From: Candidatus Poribacteria bacterium
Lineage (GTDB): Bacteria > Poribacteria > WGA-4E > WGA-3G
Assembly (NCBI GenBank): GCA_965205025.1
Contig: CBDBFU010000020.1
Span: 224,001-288,000, forward strand
Direction of reading: 5' to 3'
Length of the DNA: 64,000 nt
The notes under the pieces were generated by a model, which was not told where the DNA came from, made no database searches, and was given only the letters and a program-made list of their open reading frames with translations. Position numbers and translations under genes: made by a program. Shown here piece by piece: positions 20,773 to 30,335 of the stretch (its first letter is position 1; the number at the start of each line of letters is the position of its first letter).

Positions 20773-22131
20773 ATGAATATAATCCATATAATATCAGATA
20801 CTTTTCGTAGAGATAACTTAGAAATGTATGGTGGAAAAGGGTATTGTCCAGCACTTAATTCGTTCGCAGAAAAATGTGTTGTATTTGATAGAGCATACGT
20901 CTGTAGCTATCCAACTGTTCCAATTCGTGGGGACCTTGTTACTGGGGAGGTAGGAATATGTCGACGGGGATGGGAACCATTACAACGGAATGTTCCTGTG
21001 ATTACAAATTCATTATCAAAGGCTGGCGTTGTTAGTATGATGATTGCTGATACTCCACACCATCTAAATAACGGATTCTTCTATAATCGTGGGTTTACGG
21101 GGTGGAAATGGATACGTGGACAGGAGAGTGATCAATTAGAAACACATCCATACAACTATGATAATGATTTAGTCAGAAGATATAGAATACATACAAGACC
21201 CCATCCTGAAAATTTACCTGCCGGAATCTATAATCATCTAAAGAATTCTGATTCTCGTATAAATGAAGGTGATACTTTTGTTGCACAGACCATGCAAACC
21301 GCTTGTGATTGGCTTGAGAAGAATTACCAACACGATAATTTCTATCTAATGGTTGACACATTCGATCCACATGAACCATGGGATGTACCTGATTGGTATA
21401 TAAGACGTTTTGATCCTGAGGATTACGATGGTCCTGAACCGATTTATCCAACATACGGACCTAATAAAATGGATGAGCGTACGACACAACGACTCAACAG
21501 TTTATATAGAGCCGAAGCTTCTTTAGTAGACAATTGGATAGGACAATTATTAAGAAAGATTGACTATATGGGACTGATGGAAAATACGATGATTGTTTTT
21601 ATGGCGGACCACGGTTTTCTGTTAGGCGAACATGGATTGATAGCTAAGAATCTCGGTATGTATGAGGAAATTGTCCACATTCCATTGCTCATATACCATC
21701 CTGAAGCAAATCCGCGTCGTATTGATGCTTTAGCAAGTATAATCGACATTCCAGCTACTGTAATAGATTTTTTTGGTGCTGAACGGGGTAGTAATGTAGA
21801 AGGCATTAGTCTATTGCCAGCTGTAATGGGAGAAACAGAAAATTGTAGAGATTACGCTATTACTCACGGGGCATGGGGTGGCGGATGGAGTCCAGATGGT
21901 GGAAGTCCACATGGTAGTGTTACAGATGGAACTTGGTCGTTGCTCTTAGAAAATCAAGGTGCTCCAAAAGAGTTATTTCATCTCCATTCAGATCCTGAGC
22001 AAAAAAATAATCGATTTGAATCAGATACTGGTGAAGCACGAAGACTATACCAAGCCTTTTTGGATTTTTTAGCTCAACATGGTGGTCCTGATGCTATGGT
22101 TAAAGAATTTCAAAGTAGATGGGACATATAG
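20773..22131 (+). CDS. Sulfatase-like hydrolase (alkaline phosphatase superfamily) with Thr at the nucleophile position
   Basis: IISDT.R.D, PTVPIR, FDPHEPW, ADHG..LGEHG and IPLLI motifs. Confidence 0.85.
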   Translation: MNIIHIISDTFRRDNLEMYGGKGYCPALNSFAEKCVVFDRAYVCSYPTVPIRGDLVTGEVGICRRGWEPLQRNVPVITNSLSKAGVVSMMIADTPHHLNNGFFYNRGFTGWKWIRGQESDQLETHPYNYDNDLVRRYRIHTRPHPENLPAGIYNHLKNSDSRINEGDTFVAQTMQTACDWLEKNYQHDNFYLMVDTFDPHEPWDVPDWYIRRFDPEDYDGPEPIYPTYGPNKMDERTTQRLNSLYRAEASLVDNWIGQLLRKIDYMGLMENTMIVFMADHGFLLGEHGLIAKNLGMYEEIVHIPLLIYHPEANPRRIDALASIIDIPATVIDFFGAERGSNVEGISLLPAVMGETENCRDYAITHGAWGGGWSPDGGSPHGSVTDGTWSLLLENQGAPKELFHLHSDPEQKNNRFESDTGEARRLYQAFLDFLAQHGGPDAMVKEFQSRWDI

Positions 22132-22252
22132 AAGTTATTCCTTAATCCTATAAATGATTGTCTACTTACATAATTACCACATAAAACACAAAAGGTTGAT
22201 GAACCCTTAGTCCACCAACCTTTCTTAATAATCGTTAAACTATCTTGTGTAT

Positions 22253-22693
22253 CTATTCACCAGACAAATCTGTTTCAATTGGAATTTCTCTTGGTCTTAC
22301 CTCATCTGGTTTTGGAATTGACAGGGTTAGTACGCCATCTCTGAACTCTGCATTAATGCTTTCTGGAACAACCTTAGGTGGAAGTGAGAAACTCCTTTTA
22401 AAACTACCATAATGATTCTCTTTTCGACGATAATACTTAGATTCATCCGTATTTTCTTGAGCCTTTTCACCACTTATTGTCAAGACATTGTCTAATACAG
22501 AAATACTTACATCGTCTTTTGCTACACCTGGTAATTCCGTACGTACCATATATCCGTCTTCTGTTTCCGTGATATCTGCTGACGGTTTCCACTTGGCTTC
22601 AGTAGGTTTAGTATAAATACTGAATGGTCTAAAGATAGAGTTGTAATACTTGAAGGGTGTATATGTTGGTTTGCGAGTGGTTATATAAGTCAT
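22253..22693 (-). CDS. Small heat shock protein Hsp20 (paralogue 2)
   Basis: P.ADITE, ELPGV, LTISGE, YGSF.RSF.LP and DGVL motifs. Confidence 0.93.
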   Translation of the reverse strand: MTYITTRKPTYTPFKYYNSIFRPFSIYTKPTEAKWKPSADITETEDGYMVRTELPGVAKDDVSISVLDNVLTISGEKAQENTDESKYYRRKENHYGSFKRSFSLPPKVVPESINAEFRDGVLTLSIPKPDEVRPREIPIETDLSGE

Positions 22694-22722
22694 TCTTTTA
22701 CTCCCTGATATTTTGTTAGGAA

Positions 22723-22770
22723 ATACTTGACATACCTCATCCCGAACGGAAGGAGAGGTATGTCAAGTAT
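22723..22770 (-). terminator. Strong intergenic hairpin between the two hsp20 genes (terminator or RNA-stability element)
   Basis: Perfect 16-bp stem atacttgacatacctc / gaggtatgtcaagtat. Confidence 0.6.
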
Positions 22771-22775
22771 GGTAA

Positions 22776-23228
22776 TTATGAAGTTACATCAATCGGTATT
22801 TCAGTCGGTCTTGCTTCCTCTACCTTCGGAATATTTAGGGTTAAGATTCCATCTTTGAATCCTGCCTTAATCTCCGCGGTATTGACTTGTTGAGGTAGAG
22901 TAAAACTTCTTTGGAAGGTTCCATACCGTCTTTCGACACGATGGGTGTTTCTCTCATCAGATTTCTCTTCTTGACGTTTTTCACCTTTAATAGTCAGTAA
23001 GTTATCTGTCACAGAAACATTGACATCATTCTCAAGTACTCCAGGGAGTTCAGCATGAATTTCATAACTATTTTCAGTTTCAGTTATATCTACTGTCGGC
23101 ATCCATGAGGAACTTTCCGTATTTGTATCCACATCTCTGGAACTGAGAAGGTCGCCAAAGATTCTCCCCATCTCATTATGTAAGTTGAATAGATTTCCAA
23201 TCGGTCTGCGTGTCGTTAATAAGGTCAT
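22776..23228 (-). CDS. Small heat shock protein Hsp20 (paralogue 1)
   Basis: W.P.VDITE, ELPGV, ERRYG.F.RSF.LP and DGIL motifs. Confidence 0.95.
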   Translation of the reverse strand: MTLLTTRRPIGNLFNLHNEMGRIFGDLLSSRDVDTNTESSSWMPTVDITETENSYEIHAELPGVLENDVNVSVTDNLLTIKGEKRQEEKSDERNTHRVERRYGTFQRSFTLPQQVNTAEIKAGFKDGILTLNIPKVEEARPTEIPIDVTS

Positions 23229-23317
23229 TTTTCTGCTCCTTTATATTGTTTGTTTTCTTTGCTGGTAAATATTTGATCTATGACTTAATTTCATAGAACT
23301 AACTTGCATTCTAATAA

Positions 23318-23333
23318 AGCAAAATCAATGCCA
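23318..23333 (-). promoter_or_regulatory. Sigma-54 (-24/-12) promoter for the hsp20 pair
   Basis: Minus strand reads TGGCAT-TGATT-TTGCT, matching TGGCAC-N5-TTGCW, about 90 bp upstream of the start codon. Confidence 0.7.
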
Positions 23334-23686
23334 ATTATGAATAATTTTGCAATAAGTGTGTCTTTTTTATACAAATATTAATGTGTCTATATACTATATT
23401 CGCTGATGAATACTGAGTTTAGAAAGAATTTTGTAAATCATTATATTTCTTGAAGGAGTTCTGGTTTTTTGCAAATAGAGTATAATTCTTATATGCTAAA
23501 ATAGGAATCTTGAAAAAGCCAAAATGGCATATTCGTGTCAAATTGAATCATTCAATATGACAATATGCACTATATAATGGATACTAATCAATTAGAATTG
23601 GTAATACGATATTTATCAATAATTATTTGATTGTTATAGGAGATAGAAGAATGTGAGATGGGTTGGATCTGAAATGGATATTGGTG

Positions 23687-24331
23687 TTAATTTACTTCTA
23701 CAAGCTGTGAACGGATTCCTGCAGTAACAGTGTGTAGGGCTACAAGATTCTCATCTAAATACGGAATTATTAGATCAGCATATTGTTTACACGACTCGGT
23801 GTAAATTGGAAAATTAGGGAGAACATCTTTACGGTACCAACTAATCGCACCTTCAAGATTGGCACTACGGGTCCCAACATCCCGTTGCATCCTTCTAAGT
23901 ACACGCTCATGCGCGTCAACATCTAAGAATATCTTCATGTCAATTAATTCACGAAGGTCTTGGTTCCAAAAAATGAGGTGTCCTTCAACTATAATCACTT
24001 GACTTGGTTCGATAATCTTTTCTTCATCACCCCGTTGAGCACTACGTGTCCCCGGAGTTGGTGTCTGTATAGGTTTATAAGAACGGAGTGTCTCAACATC
24101 TCTAATTAATACATCCCATAGCACTACATCGGGATGATTTGCCGTGATTACCTTTTCACGTTCTTCTGGTGTATATTCTGCCCAATCTCGAAAATATGAA
24201 TCTTGGTGTAATGTAATCGGTGATAGGTCGGCAAGTTGACCAGACAGTGCATTTGCAAATGTAGTCTTACCAGATGCTGAGCCTCCCATGATTCCAATTA
24301 TTATTGGTCTGTTCTCATCAAAATATATCAT
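23687..24331 (-). CDS. udk: Uridine kinase family protein
   Basis: GGSASGKTT, QDSYF, NHP, IIVEG and R..RD motifs. Confidence 0.8.
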   Translation of the reverse strand: MIYFDENRPIIIGIMGGSASGKTTFANALSGQLADLSPITLHQDSYFRDWAEYTPEEREKVITANHPDVVLWDVLIRDVETLRSYKPIQTPTPGTRSAQRGDEEKIIEPSQVIIVEGHLIFWNQDLRELIDMKIFLDVDAHERVLRRMQRDVGTRSANLEGAISWYRKDVLPNFPIYTESCKQYADLIIPYLDENLVALHTVTAGIRSQLVEVN

Positions 24332-24548
24332 ACTTAACTCTTATCTTTCTAATTTAAAGACACCAATACATCAATAGAGTATCATATCAAAAACCACTTG
24401 TCAAACAGGGTTGCGGAAAATTTTAAGTAATAACATGTATCACATAAAACGTATCAAACATTTTATATAAGATTAAAAAAATGAAATGAATCTATGGAAA
24501 TTATATTGAAACTTTAGAAGACAGTTTTGACATATTCAAAGGAAAATA

Positions 24549-24617
24549 TAGGATTAAATATCTGTTTTTATACCTTTTTATCCATCAGAAATTTCAGTTA
24601 TTGAAGAGTATTCTCAA
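24549..24617. repeat. ~70-bp dispersed repeat (second copy at 63259-63325)
   Basis: tagga.taa.tatctgtttt...tcagttattga[a/t]gagtattctcaa is shared by both loci. Confidence 0.65.
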
Positions 24618-24683
24618 GAAAATATATACATAATCTAACAATTTAAAAAATATAGCAGAGAATATGAAAACAAAATACCCTAT

Positions 24684-24808
24684 TAATGTGAGTTTGAATA
24701 ATAGGTATGTGAACTACATTCTTCGAAAATTAATACTCATATAGACCCGGTAGGTGCGGTTTCCTAACCGCACTGAATATAAGAATCTGAGTTATCAAAC
24801 TCACGTTA
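24684..24808. repeat. MITE-like element: imperfect TIRs enclosing a GTAG-REP hairpin
   Basis: taatgtgagtttgaataa ... ttatcaaactcacgtta around gtag-gtgcggtt-tcct-aaccgcac (24750-24773). Confidence 0.6.
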
Positions 24809-24923
24809 TTACATACCTATGTTTGACAAGCAACCTTTGAATATGGTATTCTAATTTAATCATTTTATGCTTAGATTAATCAAATTATTATCAAGAATTA
24901 TTTAGAGAATATGGAGATTCGTT

Positions 24924-26774
24924 ATGTTTTGGCAAAGAATTGAATCACAATACAAAGTAGCCGCAGCGCATCAATATTTACTGCATTTTAATGTGAATGA
25001 CTTAATGTATGATGAACATTACGGATATCTACCTGCAACCGACTACCTTATGGAACAATTGAATGTACTTGGGTGTCGATTGGTACTTGGTTATAATGCA
25101 ACAAAAGGTTTTATGATTCCAAGAGTAGGTCAATGGGTAGAAACACAGAAAATATTGGGTCTAATTCCTAAAGATCAAGGTGTTCCTGAAGAAACACCTG
25201 AACGTAAGAGAATCAACTCCAGACTTTCTTATCATAAACTTCATGAAGATCCTTTCTATAAAATTGATCCAATGCCTACAAAAGAATTAGCCAACAAAAT
25301 GCACGACTTATTAAAACAGGACCGTGCCAGAATAGGGTTGGTAATAACAAATCTTGAACAAATTGCACCAAACGATCCTTCAATGGAATCATCGACAAAA
25401 GAAAACACACTATACTTCTATCATCAACTTCAGAATTGGGCATCAGATTTAGAAATACGAAGGAAACAACATATAATATTGCTACTCACCCAAAATACAT
25501 TTGATATTCATCCGCACTTCCTTGTAAATCAAGAAATTCCTATAGTAGAAATCCCTTTTCCAGATTATGATGAAAGATTAAGATTCATTAATCATCTAAC
25601 TAAGATACCTCAGGAAATCGCACATCAGGATTCTCCAGATCAAAAGCTTGAAGTAAAGTTAGACCTTGGTAGTGACCGTGATAAGCAGGATTTAGCACGT
25701 GAAACCGCTGGCTTGAACCTATTTGGAATTCATGATCTGGTAAGACACGCGGCATCATTAAAACAGAAAGTTCAAGGTCAATTGCTCAATAATTATCGAC
25801 GCGAAAGTGTGAAAACCTTTAGTCATGGTATTATTGAAGTGAGTGAACCAATGACAGAACCAAACCAACACTGGTCACCCCATGTCACAAGAGTCATCCA
25901 AGATATAATACGAGGTCTAAAAGATAATGATATACGACGTGTTCCCCGCGGTATGCTTTTGATGGGTCCAACTGGTAATGGGAATATTTTTGCTGCTCGT
26001 ATGTTGGCAGGTCAAACAAACATGGCTTTTGTTAAGTTACGTTATGCTGGACAAATTAGTGAAGTAACAGTAAATATCAATGACAATGGTACAAGTTATG
26101 AGAGAAACTTGAATTCTGCTATAAACTTCATCAAGGGTTTAGCTCCAGTAGTAGTCTTTATGGAAGAAATAGAACAAGCATCACCCCATTCAGGAATAAA
26201 AAAAGGTAATTCAGAACAAACCATACCACCTATTCTTACAAATGCTATTAATGATGGTTCATTACATGGAGAAGTAATATGGATTGGCACTTCGAGTCGT
26301 CCTGACCTAATTCCTCCAATATTCAGAAATACAGAGATTTTTAGTCAAAAATTGGTTCTGTTACCACCAATGAGACAAAGCCGTGCAGGAATATTACAAT
26401 TCTTCTGTAGACTTCACACTCGTGAGGAAATGAATTTCAATGAAATAGCACGTCATGAGAAGCTTAGAGGTGTAACAGTAAACGATCTAAATCAGATTGC
26501 ACGACGAAGTCATAATATTGCGAAACGCAAGAATAAAGCATCTTTCAATGAGGAAGATTTACGCGAAGTGATAGAAGATTATATGCCTAATTATTCTCGT
26601 GAAATGCAGATGTTTATGGCTTTACTTGCCCTACAGGAAGCCACTTCACGATCTATGATACCAGATAGACTCCCACCACCCTATGAAGAGTTTGTCGAGG
26701 AAGGACAGATAAATAAGACAAAAATTAACGCTCGTATCATGGAATTAGGTAAAGAATTAGGGTTAAGTGCTTGA
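24924..26774 (+). CDS. AAA+ ATPase-like protein with degenerate Walker motifs
   Basis: PRGMLLMGPTGNGNI (Walker A lacking K-T), PVVVFMEEIE (Walker B) and an SRH-like TSSRPDLI. Confidence 0.75.
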   Translation: MFWQRIESQYKVAAAHQYLLHFNVNDLMYDEHYGYLPATDYLMEQLNVLGCRLVLGYNATKGFMIPRVGQWVETQKILGLIPKDQGVPEETPERKRINSRLSYHKLHEDPFYKIDPMPTKELANKMHDLLKQDRARIGLVITNLEQIAPNDPSMESSTKENTLYFYHQLQNWASDLEIRRKQHIILLLTQNTFDIHPHFLVNQEIPIVEIPFPDYDERLRFINHLTKIPQEIAHQDSPDQKLEVKLDLGSDRDKQDLARETAGLNLFGIHDLVRHAASLKQKVQGQLLNNYRRESVKTFSHGIIEVSEPMTEPNQHWSPHVTRVIQDIIRGLKDNDIRRVPRGMLLMGPTGNGNIFAARMLAGQTNMAFVKLRYAGQISEVTVNINDNGTSYERNLNSAINFIKGLAPVVVFMEEIEQASPHSGIKKGNSEQTIPPILTNAINDGSLHGEVIWIGTSSRPDLIPPIFRNTEIFSQKLVLLPPMRQSRAGILQFFCRLHTREEMNFNEIARHEKLRGVTVNDLNQIARRSHNIAKRKNKASFNEEDLREVIEDYMPNYSREMQMFMALLALQEATSRSMIPDRLPPPYEEFVEEGQINKTKINARIMELGKELGLSA

Positions 26775-26826
26775 GTTATGTCTTATGTTAATTTTATTTA
26801 ATCTAATAAGATTATTAAAACAAAAT

Positions 26827-26851
26827 GCTCCTGTTGAAAGACAACAGGAGC
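26827..26851. terminator. Probable bidirectional terminator between convergent genes
   Basis: gctcctgttg-aaaga-caacaggagc with A/T-rich flanks. Confidence 0.65.
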
Positions 26852-26917
26852 TAAAATTTAACCCGCTTTATATAATAGTGCACATTTGTCTAATAAAGAC
26901 GAAACATTGCTGGATGA

Positions 26918-27193
26918 TTACTCTTCCTCATAGCGAGTTTCAGGGCGTCGTCCGCGTGGACGTGCGGGATTGACTTTCAAAGGACGTCCCATTAGTTCTT
27001 GACCGTCTAATGCTTCAATCGCGCGTTCACCATCTTCTTGATTTTCCATCTCAACGAACCCATACCCTTTAGAACGACCATCATAGCGATCTCGAATAAT
27101 TGTTACTTGGGTAAGGGGACCGTGTGGTTCGAAAAGTTCTTCCAAGTCAGTTTCTGTGGCTGCATAAGGCACATTGCCAACGTAGATGTTCAT
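26918..27193 (-). CDS. RRM (RNP-1) RNA-binding protein
   Basis: RNP2 IYVGNV and RNP1 KGYGFVEM motifs. Confidence 0.95.
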   Translation of the reverse strand: MNIYVGNVPYAATETDLEELFEPHGPLTQVTIIRDRYDGRSKGYGFVEMENQEDGERAIEALDGQELMGRPLKVNPARPRGRRPETRYEEE

Positions 27194-27222
27194 CTCGTTT
27201 CTCCTTTTGTAATTGAATAAAC

Positions 27223-27413
27223 GGGAATGTGAGAAAAAAGAGTACTGTCAGCATGTTTTATGGCAGGTATTTGATAGTAAGCAAAGATTGGTAAAAATGA
27301 ACTCCGGATTCTCATCAATCTCTTGGATGACAACATACCGTATGTTGTAATTCCTAATGTAAACTGTCAAAATACTACGCTTAACTTGGTAAGCAGACAC
27401 CATCACATTTCCC
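27223..27413 (-). ncRNA. Candidate ~190-nt structured RNA (5' leader of the RRM gene or 6S-like RNA)
   Basis: Ends pair (gggaaatgtga / tcacattccc), with nested stems and two apical hairpins. It begins just downstream of a consensus-like promoter. Folding by eye only. Confidence 0.4.
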
Positions 27414-27423
27414 AAACGCTATA

Positions 27424-27452
27424 ATTGTATACTAAAATAATAGAATTGTCAA
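27424..27452 (-). promoter_or_regulatory. Sigma-70-type promoter
   Basis: Minus strand reads TTGACA-17 nt-TACAAT. Confidence 0.7.
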
Positions 27453-27472
27453 ATTTCGTTTTACTCTGTGAA

Positions 27473-30298
27473 TTATTTGGCATCCATCCAGTTATCCCCA
27501 ATACCTGTTTCAGTACGTAAAGGCACACGAAGCGATAGAGCATTTTGCATTTCTTCCGCAACAATCCCTGCATGTAATTCTACCAACTCATCTGGTGATT
27601 CAAGAACAAGTTCATCATGGATTTGCAATAATAACTTCATAGGTAATTTATCTTTATCTATCCGATGTTGAACTTTTACCATCGCTGCTTTGATTAGGTC
27701 GGCTGCAGATCCCTGAATAACCGTATTAACTGCTAAACGTTCACCAAGACTTTTACGGTTTTGCGATGTTTCAAATATCTCAGGGATTGCACGACGACGA
27801 CCTGTTAATGTTGAAACATAACCATGTTCTAAAGCATGTTGTATACAGTTATGGAAGAATGTGTTAATTCCAGGATACCGTTCTTTGTAATTTGCAATTA
27901 ACTCTCTTGCTTCTTCAACATTCATTCCTTGAATACGTCTTGCTAAACCGGATGGAGAAACACCATAGATGATACCAAAATTGACAATTTTAGCTTTATC
28001 TCTAAGATCTCTGGTTACCTCTTCAGTTGGTATTTTAAATACCTCTGAGGCAACTGAGGTATGGATATCCATATCCTGAGTGAATATTTCTATCAGTTTA
28101 ACGTCTTCACTAAAATGTGCAAGTACTCGTAACTCAATTTGTGAATAATCAGCACAAATCAACTTATAGCCATCTGGTGATTTAAAAGCACGTCTTACTT
28201 TTCTGCCAATCTCTGATCTTACAGGTATGTTCTGTAAATTTGGACTATCCGATTGAAGCCTACCAGTGGCAGTAGTCAACTGATAAAGATGAGTATGTAT
28301 CCTATTGGTTTTTTTACTGATAGATCCACGCAGTTGCCCAAGGTATGTACTTTGTAGATTTCTACATTGACGGAATTCAAGGATTAGTCGAGGGACACTG
28401 GTTTTTGGATCATTAATATTCTCCTGTGCAGCCAGTGCTTCAAGTACATTTGCATCTGTGGAATACTTCCCTGTCTTAGTCTTCCTAATAGGTTTAAAAC
28501 CAATGTCATCAAATAATATTTCTGCTAACCTACTCGGTGATCCTATATTGAATGGATAACCGACTAAATCGTAAATCTCTTTTTCGCTCTTCTCAACCAT
28601 CTCGTCTACTACCTTGCTTTGTTTTTCTAATTCTTCCCCATCACACACGATACCATTGAATTCCATCAAAGCAAGAATTGGGGCAAGTGGTGACTCTATA
28701 TCTCTAACTAACTCATCTGTTTGGGTTTCCTCAAGCTTTGGTTTAAAATAATGGTATAATTGAAGGACTATATCAGTGTCTTCACATGCATATTTGCAGA
28801 CCAATTCAATTGGAATTTTATCAATTGAAATAGCGTCTTTCTCTTCCCCTATTAATTCTGATAAAGGTATCATCTTATGACTCAGATGAATTATTGCAAG
28901 GTTATCCAAATTATGTGAAGGTTGTCTTGGATCAGCAAGTTGACTTGCTAACATTGTATCAAAGACAACACCTTGCAATTGGACACCATGACGAATAAAG
29001 ATACTTGCATCATACTTCAAATTGTGTCCACATTTGTATAAATCAGGATCTTCTAAGAGTGGTTTAAGTTTAGAGATAACTGTTTCTTCATCAAGATGAG
29101 TCTCAGGATTTGGAGATCTAATAGGTACATAAACACCTTGATGATGTTCCCATGAAAAACTTATACCACATAGAGCAGCAGTCCTATCTAATCCATTTGT
29201 TTCGGTATCTACAGCAAAAATCTTCTCTGATGATAGGGTTTCAACCAAAGATGTTAATTGATCCTCAGTAGTGATAGCAGAATAGTTTCCAGTTTCTGCA
29301 GTGGTAAAATCACCTTTTTCTATAATGGCATCTTTCTCGAGTTCCATTGCTTCTAAACGTTCTTTTCTGGTTGTCTTGACTTCGGTTAAAACCTGATCTG
29401 TCATCATAGTGCCATTAGAAAGGTCTTCGATTGATCCCATGAAACGCTTCATATCAAGTTGTTCCATCAAAGGTTTGATTTTACTAAGATTAGGAGGCTT
29501 GACTTTAGCATCTGCAAGTTTGAAATCCAGATTGGCATCACATGTAAGTGTAACCAATTTTTGGGATAGAGATATATAATCTTGTGCTTTCTCTAAATTC
29601 TCGCGTCGTTTCCCTTTGATCTGTTCTATATTCTCATATATTCCGCTAATTGAACCAAATTCTTGTATCAATTTCGCAGCCGTTTTTAATCCTACACCCT
29701 CTACTCCTGGGACATTATCTGAAGAATCACCCATCAATGCAAGGAGATCAATAACTTGGTCAGGGGTAATACCTTTGTTCTCCATTAGTGCATCAGTGTC
29801 AATAATCTTATCATTATGTATATCAAACATCGTCACCCTATTACATAATAACTGTTCAAGATCTTTATCCTTTGACACAATACGTACTTGGACATCTTGT
29901 GTATCTGGTGAATCCAATACATAATGTGTGACAGAAGCAATTATATCATCTGCTTCAAGTTCAGGCTTTCCAAGAACTGGTATATCAAATGCTTCAAGTA
30001 ATTGTTGTATCCTTGGAATCTGTGTAACTAACTCATCGGGGGGAGTTCGACGATGTCCCTTATATTCTTCATACATTTCATTTCTAAAAGTATCACCGGG
30101 AGTATCAATTGCAGCAAGAATATATTGTGCTTTGTAATCACATAAAAGCTTCATTAATGTACCTGTAAACCCAAAGATGGCATTTGTGGGTTCACCAGTA
30201 ACCGAACTAACTAACCGGTTTTGTATTGCATAAAACGAACGGAAAATCTCTGCCATTGTATCAAGAATATAGATTGTTTTTGTATTTTCTTTTGTCAT
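27473..30298 (-). CDS. polA: DNA polymerase I
   Basis: 5'-3' exonuclease (EADD, GDSSDNVPG), 3'-5' exonuclease (DTET) and polymerase motifs DYSQIELR, K..NFG..YG, QIHDE. Confidence 0.97.
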   Translation of the reverse strand: MTKENTKTIYILDTMAEIFRSFYAIQNRLVSSVTGEPTNAIFGFTGTLMKLLCDYKAQYILAAIDTPGDTFRNEMYEEYKGHRRTPPDELVTQIPRIQQLLEAFDIPVLGKPELEADDIIASVTHYVLDSPDTQDVQVRIVSKDKDLEQLLCNRVTMFDIHNDKIIDTDALMENKGITPDQVIDLLALMGDSSDNVPGVEGVGLKTAAKLIQEFGSISGIYENIEQIKGKRRENLEKAQDYISLSQKLVTLTCDANLDFKLADAKVKPPNLSKIKPLMEQLDMKRFMGSIEDLSNGTMMTDQVLTEVKTTRKERLEAMELEKDAIIEKGDFTTAETGNYSAITTEDQLTSLVETLSSEKIFAVDTETNGLDRTAALCGISFSWEHHQGVYVPIRSPNPETHLDEETVISKLKPLLEDPDLYKCGHNLKYDASIFIRHGVQLQGVVFDTMLASQLADPRQPSHNLDNLAIIHLSHKMIPLSELIGEEKDAISIDKIPIELVCKYACEDTDIVLQLYHYFKPKLEETQTDELVRDIESPLAPILALMEFNGIVCDGEELEKQSKVVDEMVEKSEKEIYDLVGYPFNIGSPSRLAEILFDDIGFKPIRKTKTGKYSTDANVLEALAAQENINDPKTSVPRLILEFRQCRNLQSTYLGQLRGSISKKTNRIHTHLYQLTTATGRLQSDSPNLQNIPVRSEIGRKVRRAFKSPDGYKLICADYSQIELRVLAHFSEDVKLIEIFTQDMDIHTSVASEVFKIPTEEVTRDLRDKAKIVNFGIIYGVSPSGLARRIQGMNVEEARELIANYKERYPGINTFFHNCIQHALEHGYVSTLTGRRRAIPEIFETSQNRKSLGERLAVNTVIQGSAADLIKAAMVKVQHRIDKDKLPMKLLLQIHDELVLESPDELVELHAGIVAEEMQNALSLRVPLRTETGIGDNWMDAK

Positions 30299-30335
30299 AT
30301 TGTCATCCTTAAATTTTGTACATTATATAAATAAA

